A DNA stretch of 64,000 bases from Azolla caroliniana (Eukaryota; Plantae; Polypodiophyta): the NCBI GenBank assembly GCA_043228905.1, contig JBHGNT010000025.1:372001-436000 (forward strand), given 5' to 3'. Positions 25,257-37,410 of this stretch are shown piece by piece (position 1 is the first letter of the stretch; every line of letters begins with the position of its first letter). Made by a program: the position numbers and the translations under genes. The notes under the pieces were generated by a model. The model did not search any database. It saw nothing but the letters and a program-made list of their open reading frames with translations, and was not told the origin of the DNA.

Positions 25257-28200
25257 TTGAAACTCAGGTCGAGAGATATGAAGAAATTAGCAATCTTGAG
25301 GAGGGAGTTGAGAGGAGCCCTTGAGTACATTAAAATGTTCATACCTGGCTCGTGTGATATCGGATTTTTGTGTTCAAACATGCGAATCGAAGCTAACAAC
25401 GCTAGCTATGACATGGTATTAAAAAATCAAGATTTTGAAACTCAGGTCGAGAGACATGACGAAATTACCTAATTTGAGGAGTGAGTTGAGACGACCTAGT
25501 AGGTAAATTAAAATGTTCATACCTGGCTCGTGTGATATCGGATTTTTGTGTTGAAACATGCGAATCAAGCTAACAACGCTAGCTATGACATGGTATTAAA
25601 AAATCAAGATTTTGAAACTCAGGTCGAGAGACATGACGAAATTACCTAATTTGAGGAGTGAGTTGAGACGACCTAGTAGGTAAATTAAAATGTTCATACC
25701 TGGCTCGTGTGATATCGGATTTTTGTGTTCAAACATGCGAATCAAGCTAACAACGCTAGCTATTATATGGAACTAAAAAATCAAGATTTTGAAACTCAGG
25801 TCGAGAGATATGAAGAAATTAGCAATCTTGAGGAGGGAGTTGAGAGGAGCCCTTGAGTATATTAAAATGTTTATACCTGGCTCGTGTGATATCGGATTTT
25901 TGTGTTCAAACATGCGAATCGAAGCTAACAACGCTAGCTATGACATGGTATTAAAAAATCAAGAGTTTGAAACTCAGGTGGAGAGACATGACGAAATTAC
26001 CTAATTTGAGGAGTGAGTTGAGAGGAGCCCTTGAGTACATTAAAATGTTCATACCTGGCTCGTGTGATATCGGATTTTTGTGTTCAAACATGCGAATCGA
26101 AGCTAACAATGCTAGCTATTATATGGAACTAAAAAATCAAGATTTTGAAACTCAGGTCGAGAGATATGAAGAAATTAGCAATCTTGAGGAGGGAGTTGAG
26201 AGGAGCCCTTCAGTACATTAAAATGTTCATACCTGGCGCGTGTGATATCGGATTTTTGTGTTCAAACATGCGAATCGAAGCTAACAATGCTAGCTATTAT
26301 ATGGAACTAAAAAATCAAGATTTTGAAACTCAGGTCGAGAGATATGAAGAAATTAGCAATCTTGAGGAGGGAGTTGAGAGGAGCCCTTGAGTACATTAAA
26401 ATGTTCATACCTGGCGCGTGTGATATCGGATTTTTGTGTTCAAACATGCGAATCGAAGCTAACAATGCTAGCTATTATATGGAACTAAAAAATCAAGATT
26501 TTGAAACTCAGGTCGAGAGATATGAAGAAATTAGCAATCTTGAGGAGGGAGTTGAGAGGAGCCCTTGAGTACATTAAAATGTTCATACCTGGCTCGTGTG
26601 ATATCGGATTTTTGTGTTCAAACATGCGAATCGAAGCTCACAACGCTAGCTATGATATGGTATTAAAAAATCATGATTTTGAAATTGAGGTCGAGAGACA
26701 TGAAGAAATTAGCAATCTTGAGGAGGAAGTTGAAAGGAGCCCTTCAGTAAATTAAAATGTTCATACCTGGCTCGTGTGATATCGGATTTTTGTGTTCAAA
26801 CATGTGAATCGCAGCTAACAACGCTAGCTATGACATGGTATTAAGAAATCAAGATTTTGAAACTCAGGTCGAGAGACATGACGAAATTACCTACTTTGAG
26901 GAGGGAGTTGAGACGACCTAGTAGGTAAATTAAAATGTTCATACCTGGCTCGTGTGATATCGGATTTTTGTGTTCAAACATGTGAATCGAAGCTAACAAC
27001 GCTAGCTATTCTATGGAACTAAAAAATCAAGATTTTGAAACTCAGGTCGAGAGATATGAAGAAATTAGCAATCTTGAGGAGGGAGTTGAGAGGAGCCCTT
27101 GAGTACATTAAAATGTTCATACCTGGCTCGTGTGATATCGGATTTTTGTGTTCAAACATGCGAATCGAAGCTAACAACGCTAGCTATGACATGGTATTAA
27201 AAAATCAAGATTTTGAAACTCAGGTCGAGAGACATGACGAAATTACCTAATTTGAGGAGTGAGTTGAGACGACCTAGTAGGTAAATTAAAATGTTCATAC
27301 CTGGCTCGTGTGATATCGGATTTTTGTGTTGAAACATGCGAATCAAGCTAACAACGCTAGCTATGACATGGTATTAAAAAATCAAGATTTTGAAACTCAG
27401 GTCGAGAGACATGACGAAATTACCTAATTTGAGGAGTGAGTTGAGACGACCTAGTAGGTAAATTAAAATGTTCATACCTGGCTCGTGTGATATCGGATTT
27501 TTGTGTTCAAACATGCGAATCAAGCTAACAACGCTAGCTATTATATGGAACTAAAAAATCAAGATTTTGAAACTCAGGTCGAGAGATATGAAGAAATTAG
27601 CAATCTTGAGGAGGGAGTTGAGAGGAGCCCTTGAGTATATTAAAATGTTTATACCTGGCTCGTGTGATATCGGATTTTTGTGTTCAAACATGCGAATCGA
27701 AGCTAACAACGCTAGCTATGACATGGTATTCAAAAATCAAGAGTTTGAAACTCAGGTGGAGAGACATGACGAAATTACCTAATTTGAGGAGTGAGTTGAG
27801 AGGAGCCCTTGAGTACATTAAAATGTTCATACCTGGCTCGTGTGATATCGGATTTTTGTGTTCAAACATGCGAATCGAAGCTAACAATGCTAGCTATTAT
27901 ATGGAACTAAAAAATCAAGATTTTGAAACTCAGGTCGAGAGATATGAAGAAATTAGCAATCTTGAGGAGGGAGTTGAGAGGAGCCCTTGAGTACATTAAA
28001 ATGTTCATACCTGGCGCGTGTGATATCGGATTTTTGTGTTCAAACATGCGAATCGAAGCTAACAATGCTAGCTATTATATGGAACTAAAAAATCAAGATT
28101 TTGAAACTCAGGTCGAGAGATATGAAGAAATTAGCAATCTTGAGGAGGGAGTTGAGAGGAGCCCTTGAGTACATTAAAATGTTCATACCTGGCGCGTGTG

Positions 28201-28812
28201 ATATCGGATTTTTGTGTTCAAACATGCGAATCGAAGCTAACAATGCTAGCTATTATATGGAACTAAAAAATCAAGATTTTGAAACTCAGGTCGAGAGATA
28301 TGAAGAAATTAGCAATCTTGAGGAGGGAGTTGAGAGGAGCCCTTGAGTACATTAAAATGTTCATACCTGGCTCGTGTGATATCGGATTTTTGTGTTCAAA
28401 CATGCGAATCGAAGCTCACAACGCTAGCTATGATATGGTATTAAAAAATCATGATTTTGAAATTGAGGTCGAGAGACATGAAGAAATTAGCAATCTTGAG
28501 GAGGAAGTTGAAAGGAGCCCTTCAGTAAATTAAAATGTTCATACCTGGCTCGTGTGATATCGGATTTTTGTGTTCAAACATGTGAATCGCAGCTAACAAC
28601 GCTAGCTATGACATGGTATTAAGAAATCAAGATTTTGAAACTCAGGTCGAGAGACATGACGAAATTACCTAATTTGAGGAGGGAGTTGAGACGACCTAGT
28701 AGGTAAATTAAAATGTTCATACCTGGCTCGTGTGATATCGGATTTTTGTGTTCAAACATGCGAATCAAAGCTAACAACGCTAGCTATTCTATGGAACTAA
28801 AAAATCAAGATT
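25257..28812. repeat. 10-monomer tandem duplication (1778 bp, two copies)
   Basis: ORF starts 25257/27035, 25789/27567, 26501/28279. Each copy has two adjacent 177-bp monomers and the ccttcagtaaatt / atcgcagct markers. Confidence 0.9.
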
Positions 28813-31352
28813 TTGAAACTCAGGTCGAGAGATATGAAGAAATTAGCAATCTTGAGGAGGGAGTTGAGAGGAGCCCTTCAGTACATTAAAATGTTCATAC
28901 CTGGCGCGTGTGATATCGGATTTTTGTGTTCAAACATGCGAATCGAAGCTAACAATGCTAGCTATTATATGGAACTAAAAAATCAAGATTTTGAAACTCA
29001 GGTCGAGAGATATGAAGAAATTAGCAATCTTGAGGAGGGAGTTGAGAGGAGCCCTTGAGTACATTAAAATGTTCATACCTGGCGCGTGTGATATCGGATT
29101 TTTGTGTTCAAACATGCGAATCGAAGCTCACAACGCTAGCTATGATATGGTATTAAAAAATCATGATTTTGAAATTGAGGTCGAGAGACATGAAGAAATT
29201 AGCAATCATGAGGAGGAAGTTGAAAGGAGCCCTTGAGTAAATTAAAATGTTCATACCTGGCGCGTGTGATATCGGATTTTTGTGTTCAAACATGTGAATC
29301 CTAGCTAACAACGCTAGCTATGACATGGTATTAAGAAATCAAGATTTTGAAACTCAGGTCGAGAGATATTACGAAATTACCTACTTTGAGGAGGGAGTTG
29401 AGACGACCTAGTAGGTAAATTAAAATGTTCATACCTGGCTCGTGTGATATCGGATTTTTGTGTTCAAACATGCGAATCAAAGCTAACAACGCTAGCTATG
29501 ATATGGAACTAAAAAATCAAGATTTTGAAACTCAGGTCGAGAGATATGAAGAAATTAGCAATCTTGAGGAGGGAGTTGAGAGGAGCCCTTGAGTACATTA
29601 AAATTTTCATACCTGGCTCGTGTGATATCGGATTTTTGTGTTGAAACATGCGAATCGAAGCTAACAATGCTAGCTATGACATGGTATTAAAAAATCAAGA
29701 TTTTCAAAGTCAAGTCGAGAGACATGACGAAATTACCTAATTTGAGGAGTGAGTTGAGACGACCTAGTAGGTAAATTAAAATGTTCATACCTGGCTCGTG
29801 TGATATCGGATTTTTGTGTTCAAACATGCGAATCAAGCTAACAACGCTAGCTATTATATGGAACTAAAAAATCAAGATTTTGAAACTCAGGTCGAGAGAT
29901 ATGAAGAAATTAGCAATCTTGAGGAGGGAGTTGAGAGGAGCACTTGAGTATATTAAAATGTTTATACCTGGCTCGTGTGATATCGGATTTTTGTGTTCAA
30001 ACATGCGAATCGAAGCTAACAACGCTAGCTATGACATGTTATTAAAAAATCAAGATTTTGAAACTCAGGTAGAGAGACATGACGAAATTACCTAATTTGA
30101 GGAGTGAGTTGAGAGGAGCCCTTGAGTACATTACAATGTTCATACCTGGCGCGTGTGATATCGGATTTTTGTGTTCAAACATGCGAATCGAAGCTAACAA
30201 TGCTAGCTATTCTATGGAACTAAAAAATCAAGATTTTGGAACTCAGGTCGAGAGATATGAAGAAATTAGCAATCTTGAGGAGGGAGTTGAGAGGAGCCCT
30301 TCAGTACATTAAAATGTTCATACCTGGCACGTGTGATATCGGATTTTTGTGTTCAAACATGCGAATCGAAGCTAACAATGCTAGCTATTATATGGAACTA
30401 AAAAATCAAGATTTTGAAACTCAGGTCGAGAGATATGAAGAAATTAGCAATCTTGAGGAGGGAGTTGAGAGGAGCCCTTCAGTACATTAAAATGTTCATA
30501 CCTGGCGCGTGTGATATCGGATTTTTGTGTTCAAACATGCGAATCGAAGCTAACAATGCTAGCTATTATATGGAACTAAAAAATCAAGATTTTGAAACTC
30601 AGGTCGAGAGATATGAAGAAATTAGCAATCTTGAGGAGGGAGTTGAGAGGAGCCCTTGAGTAAATTAAAATGTTCATACGTGGCTCGTGTGATATCGGAT
30701 TTTTGTGTTCAAACATGCGAATCGAAGCTCACAACGCTAGCTATGATATGGTATTAAAAAATCATGATTTTGAAATTGAGGTCGAGAGACATGAAGAAAT
30801 TAGCAATCTTGAGGAGGAAGTTGAAAGGAGCCCTTGAGTACATTAAAATGTTCATACCTGGCGCGTGTGATATCGGATTTTTGTGTTCAAACATGCGAAT
30901 CGAAGCTAACAATGCTAGCTATTATATGGAACTAAAAAATCAAGATTTTGAAACTCAGGTCGAGAGATATGAAGAAATTAGCAATCTTGAGGAGGGAGTT
31001 GAGAGGAGCCCTTGAGTACATTAAAATGTTCATACCTGGCGCGTGTGATATCGGATTTTTGTGTTCAAACATGCGAATCGAAGCTCACAACGCTAGCTAT
31101 GATATGGTATTAAAAAATCATGATTTTGAAATTGAGGTCGAGAGACATGAAGAAATTAGCAATCATGAGGAGGAAGTTGAAAGGAGCCCTTGAGTAAATT
31201 AAAATGTTCATACCTGGCGCGTGTGATATCGGATTTTTGTGTTCAAACATGTGAATCCTAGCTAACAACGCTAGCTATGACATGGTATTAAGAAATCAAG
31301 ATTTTGAAACTCAGGTCGAGAGATATTACGAAATTACCTACTTTGAGGAGGG

Positions 31353-33850
31353 AGTTGAAAGGAGCCCTTGAGTAAATTAAAATGTTCATACCTGGCGCGT
31401 GTGATATCGGATTTTTGTGTTCAAACATGTGAATCGAAGCTAACAATGCTAGCTATGACATGGTATTAAAAAATCAAGATTTTCAAAGTCAGGTCGAGAG
31501 ACATGACGAAATTACCTAATTTGAGGAGTGAGTTGAGAGGAGCCCTTGAGTACATTAAAATGTTCATACCTGGCTCGTGTGATATCGGATTTTTGTGTTC
31601 AAACATGCGAATCAAGCTAACAACGCTAGCTATTATATGGAACTAAAAAATCAAGATTTTGAAACTCAGGTCGAGAGATATGAAGAAATTAGCAATCTTG
31701 AGGAGGGAGTTGAGAGGAGCACTTGAGTATATTAAAATGTTTATACCTGGCTCGTGTGATATCGGATTTTTGTGTTCAAACATGCGAATCGAAGCTAACA
31801 ACGCTAGCTATGACATGTTATTAAAAAATCAAGATTTTGAAACTCAGGTAGAGAGACATGACGAAATTACCTAATTTGAGGAGTGAGTTGAGAGGAGCCC
31901 ATGAGTACATTACAATGTTCATACCTGGCGCGTGTGATATCGGATTTTTGTGTTCAAACATGCGAATCAAAGCTAACAACGCTAGCTATGATATGGAACT
32001 AAAAAATGAAGATTTTGAAACTCAGGTCGAGAGATATGAAGAAATTAGCAATCTTGAGGAGGGAGTTGAGAGGAGCCCTTGAGTACATTATTATGTTCAT
32101 ACCTGGCTCGTGTGATATCGGATTTTTGTGTTCAAACATGCGAATCGAAGCTAACAACGCTAGCTATGACATGGTATTAAAAAATCAAGAGTTTGAAACT
32201 CAGGTGGAGAGACATGACGAAATTACCTAATTTGAGGAGTGAGTTGAGAGGAGCCCTTGAGTACATTAAAATGTTCATACCTGGCGCGTGTGATATCGGA
32301 TTTTTGTGTTCAAACATGCGAATCGAAGCTAACAACACTAGCTATTCTATGGAACTAAAAAATCAAGATTTTGAAACTCAGGTCGAGAGATATGAAGAAA
32401 TTAGCAATCTTGAGGAGGGAGTTGAGAGGAGCCCTTGAGTATATTAAAATGTTTATACCTGGCTCGTGTGATATCGGATTTTTGTGTTCAAACATGCGAA
32501 TCGAAGCTAACAACGCTAGCTATGACATGGTATTAAAAAATCAAGAGTTTGAAACTCAGGTGGAGAGACATGACGAAATTACCTAATTTGAGGAGTGAGT
32601 TGAGAGGAGCCCTTGAGTACATTAAAATGTTCATACCTGGCTCGTGTGATATCGGATTTTTGTGTTCAAACATGCGAATCGAAGCTAACAATGCTAGCTA
32701 TTCTATGGAACTAAAAAATCAAGATTTTGAAACTCAGGTCGAGAGATATGAAGAAATTAGCAATCTTGAGGAGGGAGTTGAGAGGAGCCCTTCAGTACAT
32801 TAAAATGTTCATACCTGGCGCGTGTGATATCGGATTTTTGTGTTCAAACATGCGAATCGAAGCTAACAATGCTAGCTATTCTATGGAACTAAAAAATCAA
32901 GATTTTGAAACTCAGGTCGAGAGATATGAAGAAATTAGCAATCTTGAGGAGGGAGTTGAGAGGAGCCCTTCAGTACATTAAAATGTTCATACCTGGCGCG
33001 TGTGATATCGGATTTTTGTGTTCAAACATGCGAATCGAAGCTAACAATGCTAGCTATTATATGGAACTAAAAAATCAAGATTTTGAAACTCAGGTCGAGA
33101 GATATGAAGAAATTAGCAATCTTGAGGAGGGAGTTGAGAGGAGCCCTTGAGTACATTAAAATGTTCATACCTGGCGCGTGTGATATCGGATTTTTGTGTT
33201 CAAACATGCGAATCGAAGCTAACAACACTTGCTATTCTATGGAACTAAAAAATCAAGATTTTGAAACTCAGGTCGAGAGATATGAAGAAATTAGCAATCT
33301 TGAGGAGGGAGTTGAGAGGAGCCCTTGAGTATATTAAAATGTTTATACCTGGCTCGTGTGATATCGGATTTTTGTGTTCAAACATGCGAATCGAAGCTAA
33401 CAACGCTAGCTATGACATGGTATTAAAAAATCAAGAGTTTGAAACTCAGGTGGAGAGACATGACGAAATTACCTAATTTGAGGAGTGAGTTGAGAGGAGC
33501 CCTTGAGTACATTAAAATGTTCATACCTGGCTCGTGTGATATCGGATTTTTGTGTTCAAACATGCGAATCGAAGCTAACAATGCTAGCTATTATATGGAA
33601 CTAAAAAATCAAGATTTTGAAACTCAGGTCGAGAGATATGAAGAAATTAGCAATCTTGAGGAGGGAGTTGAGAGGAGCCCTTCAGTACATTAAAATGTTC
33701 ATACCTGGCGCGTGTGATATCGGATTTTTGTGTTCAAACATGCGAATCGAAGCTAACAATGCTAGCTATTCTATGGAACTAAAAAATCAAGATTTTGAAA
33801 CTCAGGTCGAGAGATATGAAGAAATTAGCAATCTTGAGGAGGGAGTTGAG
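31353..33850. repeat. Dispersed copy of about 15163-17660 (offset 16190 bp)
   Basis: ORF starts 15469/31659, 15668/31858, 17071/33261, 17427/33617. Shared markers ttcaaagtcagg, gagcacttg, catgttatt, cccatgagtacattaca, cattattatg. Confidence 0.85.
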
Positions 33851-35296
33851 AGGAGCCCTTCAGTACATTAAAATGTTCATACCTGGCGCGTGTGATATCG
33901 GATTTTTGTGTTCAAACATGCGAATCGAAGCTAACAATGCTAGCTATTATATGGAACTAAAAAATCAAGATTTTGAAACTCAGGTCGAGAGATATGAAGA
34001 AATTAGCAATCTTGAGGAGGGAGTTGAGAGGAGCCCTTGAGTACATTAAAATGTTCATACCTTGCGCGTGTGATATCGGATTTTTGTGTTCAAACATGCG
34101 AATCGAAGCTAACAACGCTAGCTATGATATGGTATTAAAAAATCATGATTTTGAAATTGAGGTCGAGAGACATGAAGAAATTAGCAATCTTGAGGAGGGA
34201 GTTGAGAGGAGCCCTTGAGTACATTAAAATGTTCATACCTGGCGCGTGTGATATCGGATTTTTGTGTTCAAACATGCGAATCGAAGCTAACAATGCTAGC
34301 TATTCTATGGAACTAAAAAATCAAGATTTTGAAACTCAGGTCGAGAGATATGAAGAAATTAGCAATCTTGAGGAGGGAGTTGAGAGGAGCCCTTCAGTAC
34401 ATTAAAATGTTCATACCTGGCGCGTGTGATATCGGATTTTTGTGTTCAAACATGCGAATCGAAGCTAACAATGCTAGCTATTATATGGAACTAAAAAATC
34501 AAGATTTTGAAACTCAGGTCGAGAGATATGAAGAAATTAGCAATCTTGAGGAGGGAGTTGAGAGGAGCCCTTGAGTACATTAAAATGTTCATACCTGGCG
34601 CGTGTGATATCGGATTTTTGTGTTCAAACATGCGAATCGAAGCTAACAACACTTGCTATTCTATGGAACTAAAAAATCAAGATTTTGAAATTCAGGTCGA
34701 GAGATATGAAGAAATTAGCAATCTTGAGGAGGGAGTTGAGAGGAGCCCTTGAGTAAATTAAAATGTTCATACGTGGCTCGTGTGATATCGGATTTTTGTG
34801 TTCAAACATGCGAATCGAAGCTCACAACGCTAGCTATGATATGGTATTAAAAAATCATGATTTTGAAATTGAGGTCGAGAGACATGAAGAAATTAGCAAT
34901 CTTGAGGAGGAAGTTGAAAGGAGCCCTTGAGTACATTAAAATGTTCATACCTGGCGCGTGTGATATCGGATTTTTGTGTTCAAACATGCGAATCGAAGCT
35001 AACAACGCTAGCTATGACATGGTATTAAAAATTCTAGATTTTGAAACTCAGGTCGAGAGATATGAAGAAATTAGCAATCTTGAGGAGGGAGTTGAGAGGA
35101 GCCCTTGAGTACATTAAAATGTTCATACCTGGCTCGTGTGATATCGGATTTTTGTGTTCAAACATGCGAATCGAAGCTAACAACGCTAGCTATGACATGG
35201 TATTAAAAAATCAAGATTTTGAAACTCAGGTCGAGAGACATGACGAAATTACCTAATTTGAGGAGTGAGTTGAGACGACCTAGTAGGTAAATTAAA

Positions 35297-37410
35297 ATGT
35301 TCATACCTGGCGCGTGTGATATCGGATTTTTGTGTTCAAACATGCGAATCGAAGCTAACAACGCTAGCTATTATATGGAACTAAAAAATCAAGATTTTGA
35401 AACTCAGGTCGAGAGATATGAAGAAATTAGCAATCTTGAGGAGGGAGTTGAGAGGAGCCTGGCTCGTGTGATACCTGGCTCGTGTGATATCGGATTTTTG
35501 TGTTCAAACATGTGAATCGCAGCTAACAATGCTAGCTATGACATGGTATTAAGAAATCAAGATTTTGAAACTCAGGTCGAGAGATATTACGAAATTACCT
35601 ACTTTGAGGAGGGAGTTGAGACGACCTAGTAGGTAAATTAAAATGTTCATACCTGGCTCGTGTGATATCGGATTTTTGTGTTCAAACATGCGAATCAAAG
35701 CTAACAACGCTAGCTATGATATGGAACTAAAAAATCAAGATTTTGAAACTCAGGTCGAGAGATATGAAGAAATTAGCAATCTTGAGGAGGGAGTTGAGAG
35801 GAGCCCTTGAGTACATTAAAATGTTCATACCTGGCTCGTGTGATATCGGATTTTTGTGTTTAAACATGCGAATCGAAGCTAACAACGCTAGCTATGACAT
35901 GGTATTAAAAAATCAAGATTTTGAAACTCAGGTCGAGAGACATGACGAAATTACCTAATTTGAGGAGTGAGTTGAGACGACCTAGTAGGTAAATTAAAAT
36001 GTTCATACCTCGCTCGTGTGATATCGGATTTTTGTGTTCAAACATGCGAATCAAGCTAACAACGCTAGCTACTATATGGAACTAAAAAATCAAGATTTTG
36101 AAACTCAGGTCGAGAGATATGAAGAAATTAGCAATCTTGAGGAGGGAGTTGAGAGGAGCCCTTGAGTACATTAAAATGTTCATACCTGGCACGTGTGATA
36201 TCGGATTTTTGTGTTGAAACATGCGAATCGAAGCTAACAACACTAGCTATGACATGGTATTAAAAAATCAAGATTTTGAAACTCAGGTCGAGAGACATGA
36301 CGAAATTACCTAATTTGAGGAGTGAGTTGAGACGACCTAGTAGGTAAATTAAAATGTTCATACCTGGCGCGTGTGATATCGGATTTTTGTGTTCAAACAT
36401 GCGAATCGAAGCTAACAACGCTAGCTATTATATGGAACTAAAAAATCAAGATTTTGAAACTCAGGTCGAGAGATATGAAGAAATTAGCAATCTTGAGGAG
36501 GGAGTTGAGAGGAGCCTGGCTCGTGTGATACCTGGCTCGTGTGATATCGGATTTTTGTGTTCAAACATGTGAATCGCAGCTAACAATGCTAGCTATGACA
36601 TGGTATTAAGAAATCAAGATTTTGAAACTCAGGTCGAGAGATATTACGAAATTACCTACTTTGAGGAGGGAGTTGAGACGACCTAGTAGGTAAATTAAAA
36701 TGTTCATACCTGGCTCGTGTGATATCGGATTTTTGTGTTCAAACATGCGAATCAAAGCTAACAACGCTAGCTATGATATGGAACTAAAAAATCAAGATTT
36801 TGAAACTCAGGTCGAGAGATATGAAGAAATTAGCAATCTTGAGGAGGGAGTTGAGAGGAGCCCTTGAGTACATTAAAATGTTCATACCTGGCTCGTGTGA
36901 TATCGGATTTTTGTGTTTAAACATGCGAATCGAAGCTAACAACGCTAGCTATGACATGGTATTAAAAAATCAAGATTTTGAAACTCAGGTCGAGAGACAT
37001 GACGAAATTACCTAATTTGAGGAGTGAGTTGAGACGACCTAGTAGGTAAATTAAAATGTTCATACCTCGCTCGTGTGATATCGGATTTTTGTGTTCAAAC
37101 ATGCGAATCAAGCTAACAACGCTAGCTACTATATGGAACTAAAAAATCAAGATTTTGAAACTCAGGTCGAGAGATATGAAGAAATTAGCAATCTTGAGGA
37201 GGGAGTTGAGAGGAGCCCTTGAGTACATTAAAATGTTCATACCTGGCACGTGTGATATCGGATTTTTGTGTTGAAACATGCGAATCGAAGCTAACAACAC
37301 TAGCTATGACATGGTATTAAAAAATCAAGATTTTGAAACTCAGGTCGAGAGACATGACGAAATTACCTAATTTGAGGAGTGAGTTGAGACGACCTAGTAG
37401 GTAAATTAAA
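35297..37410. repeat. 6-monomer higher-order unit (1056-1057 bp) containing the 168-bp variant; related 6-monomer spacings recur at about 46.4-48.6, 51.7-52.8 and 56.1-57.2 kb
   Basis: Spacing of the 168-bp marker: 35458/36515 (1057), 46419/47475/48532 (1056, 1057), 51723/52779 (1056), 56149/57205 (1056). Confidence 0.85.
35458..35489 (+). repeat. 16-bp direct duplication (cctggctcgtgtgata x2) defining a 168-bp monomer variant; first of 14 copies
   Basis: gagaggagcc-tggctcgtgtg-atacctggctcgtgtgatatcgg replaces gagaggagcc-cttgagtacattaaaatgttc-atacctgg. That is 21 bp replaced by 11 bp, net -10; the spacing 35041 to 35743 is 702 = 4x178-10. Confidence 0.95.

Noticed and set aside
27631-27990. 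119-aa ORF and minus-strand 67-aa ORFs (also 10050-10273)
   Set aside because: Each arises from single substitutions (ttaaaa to ttcaaa type) removing a stop codon in one monomer.
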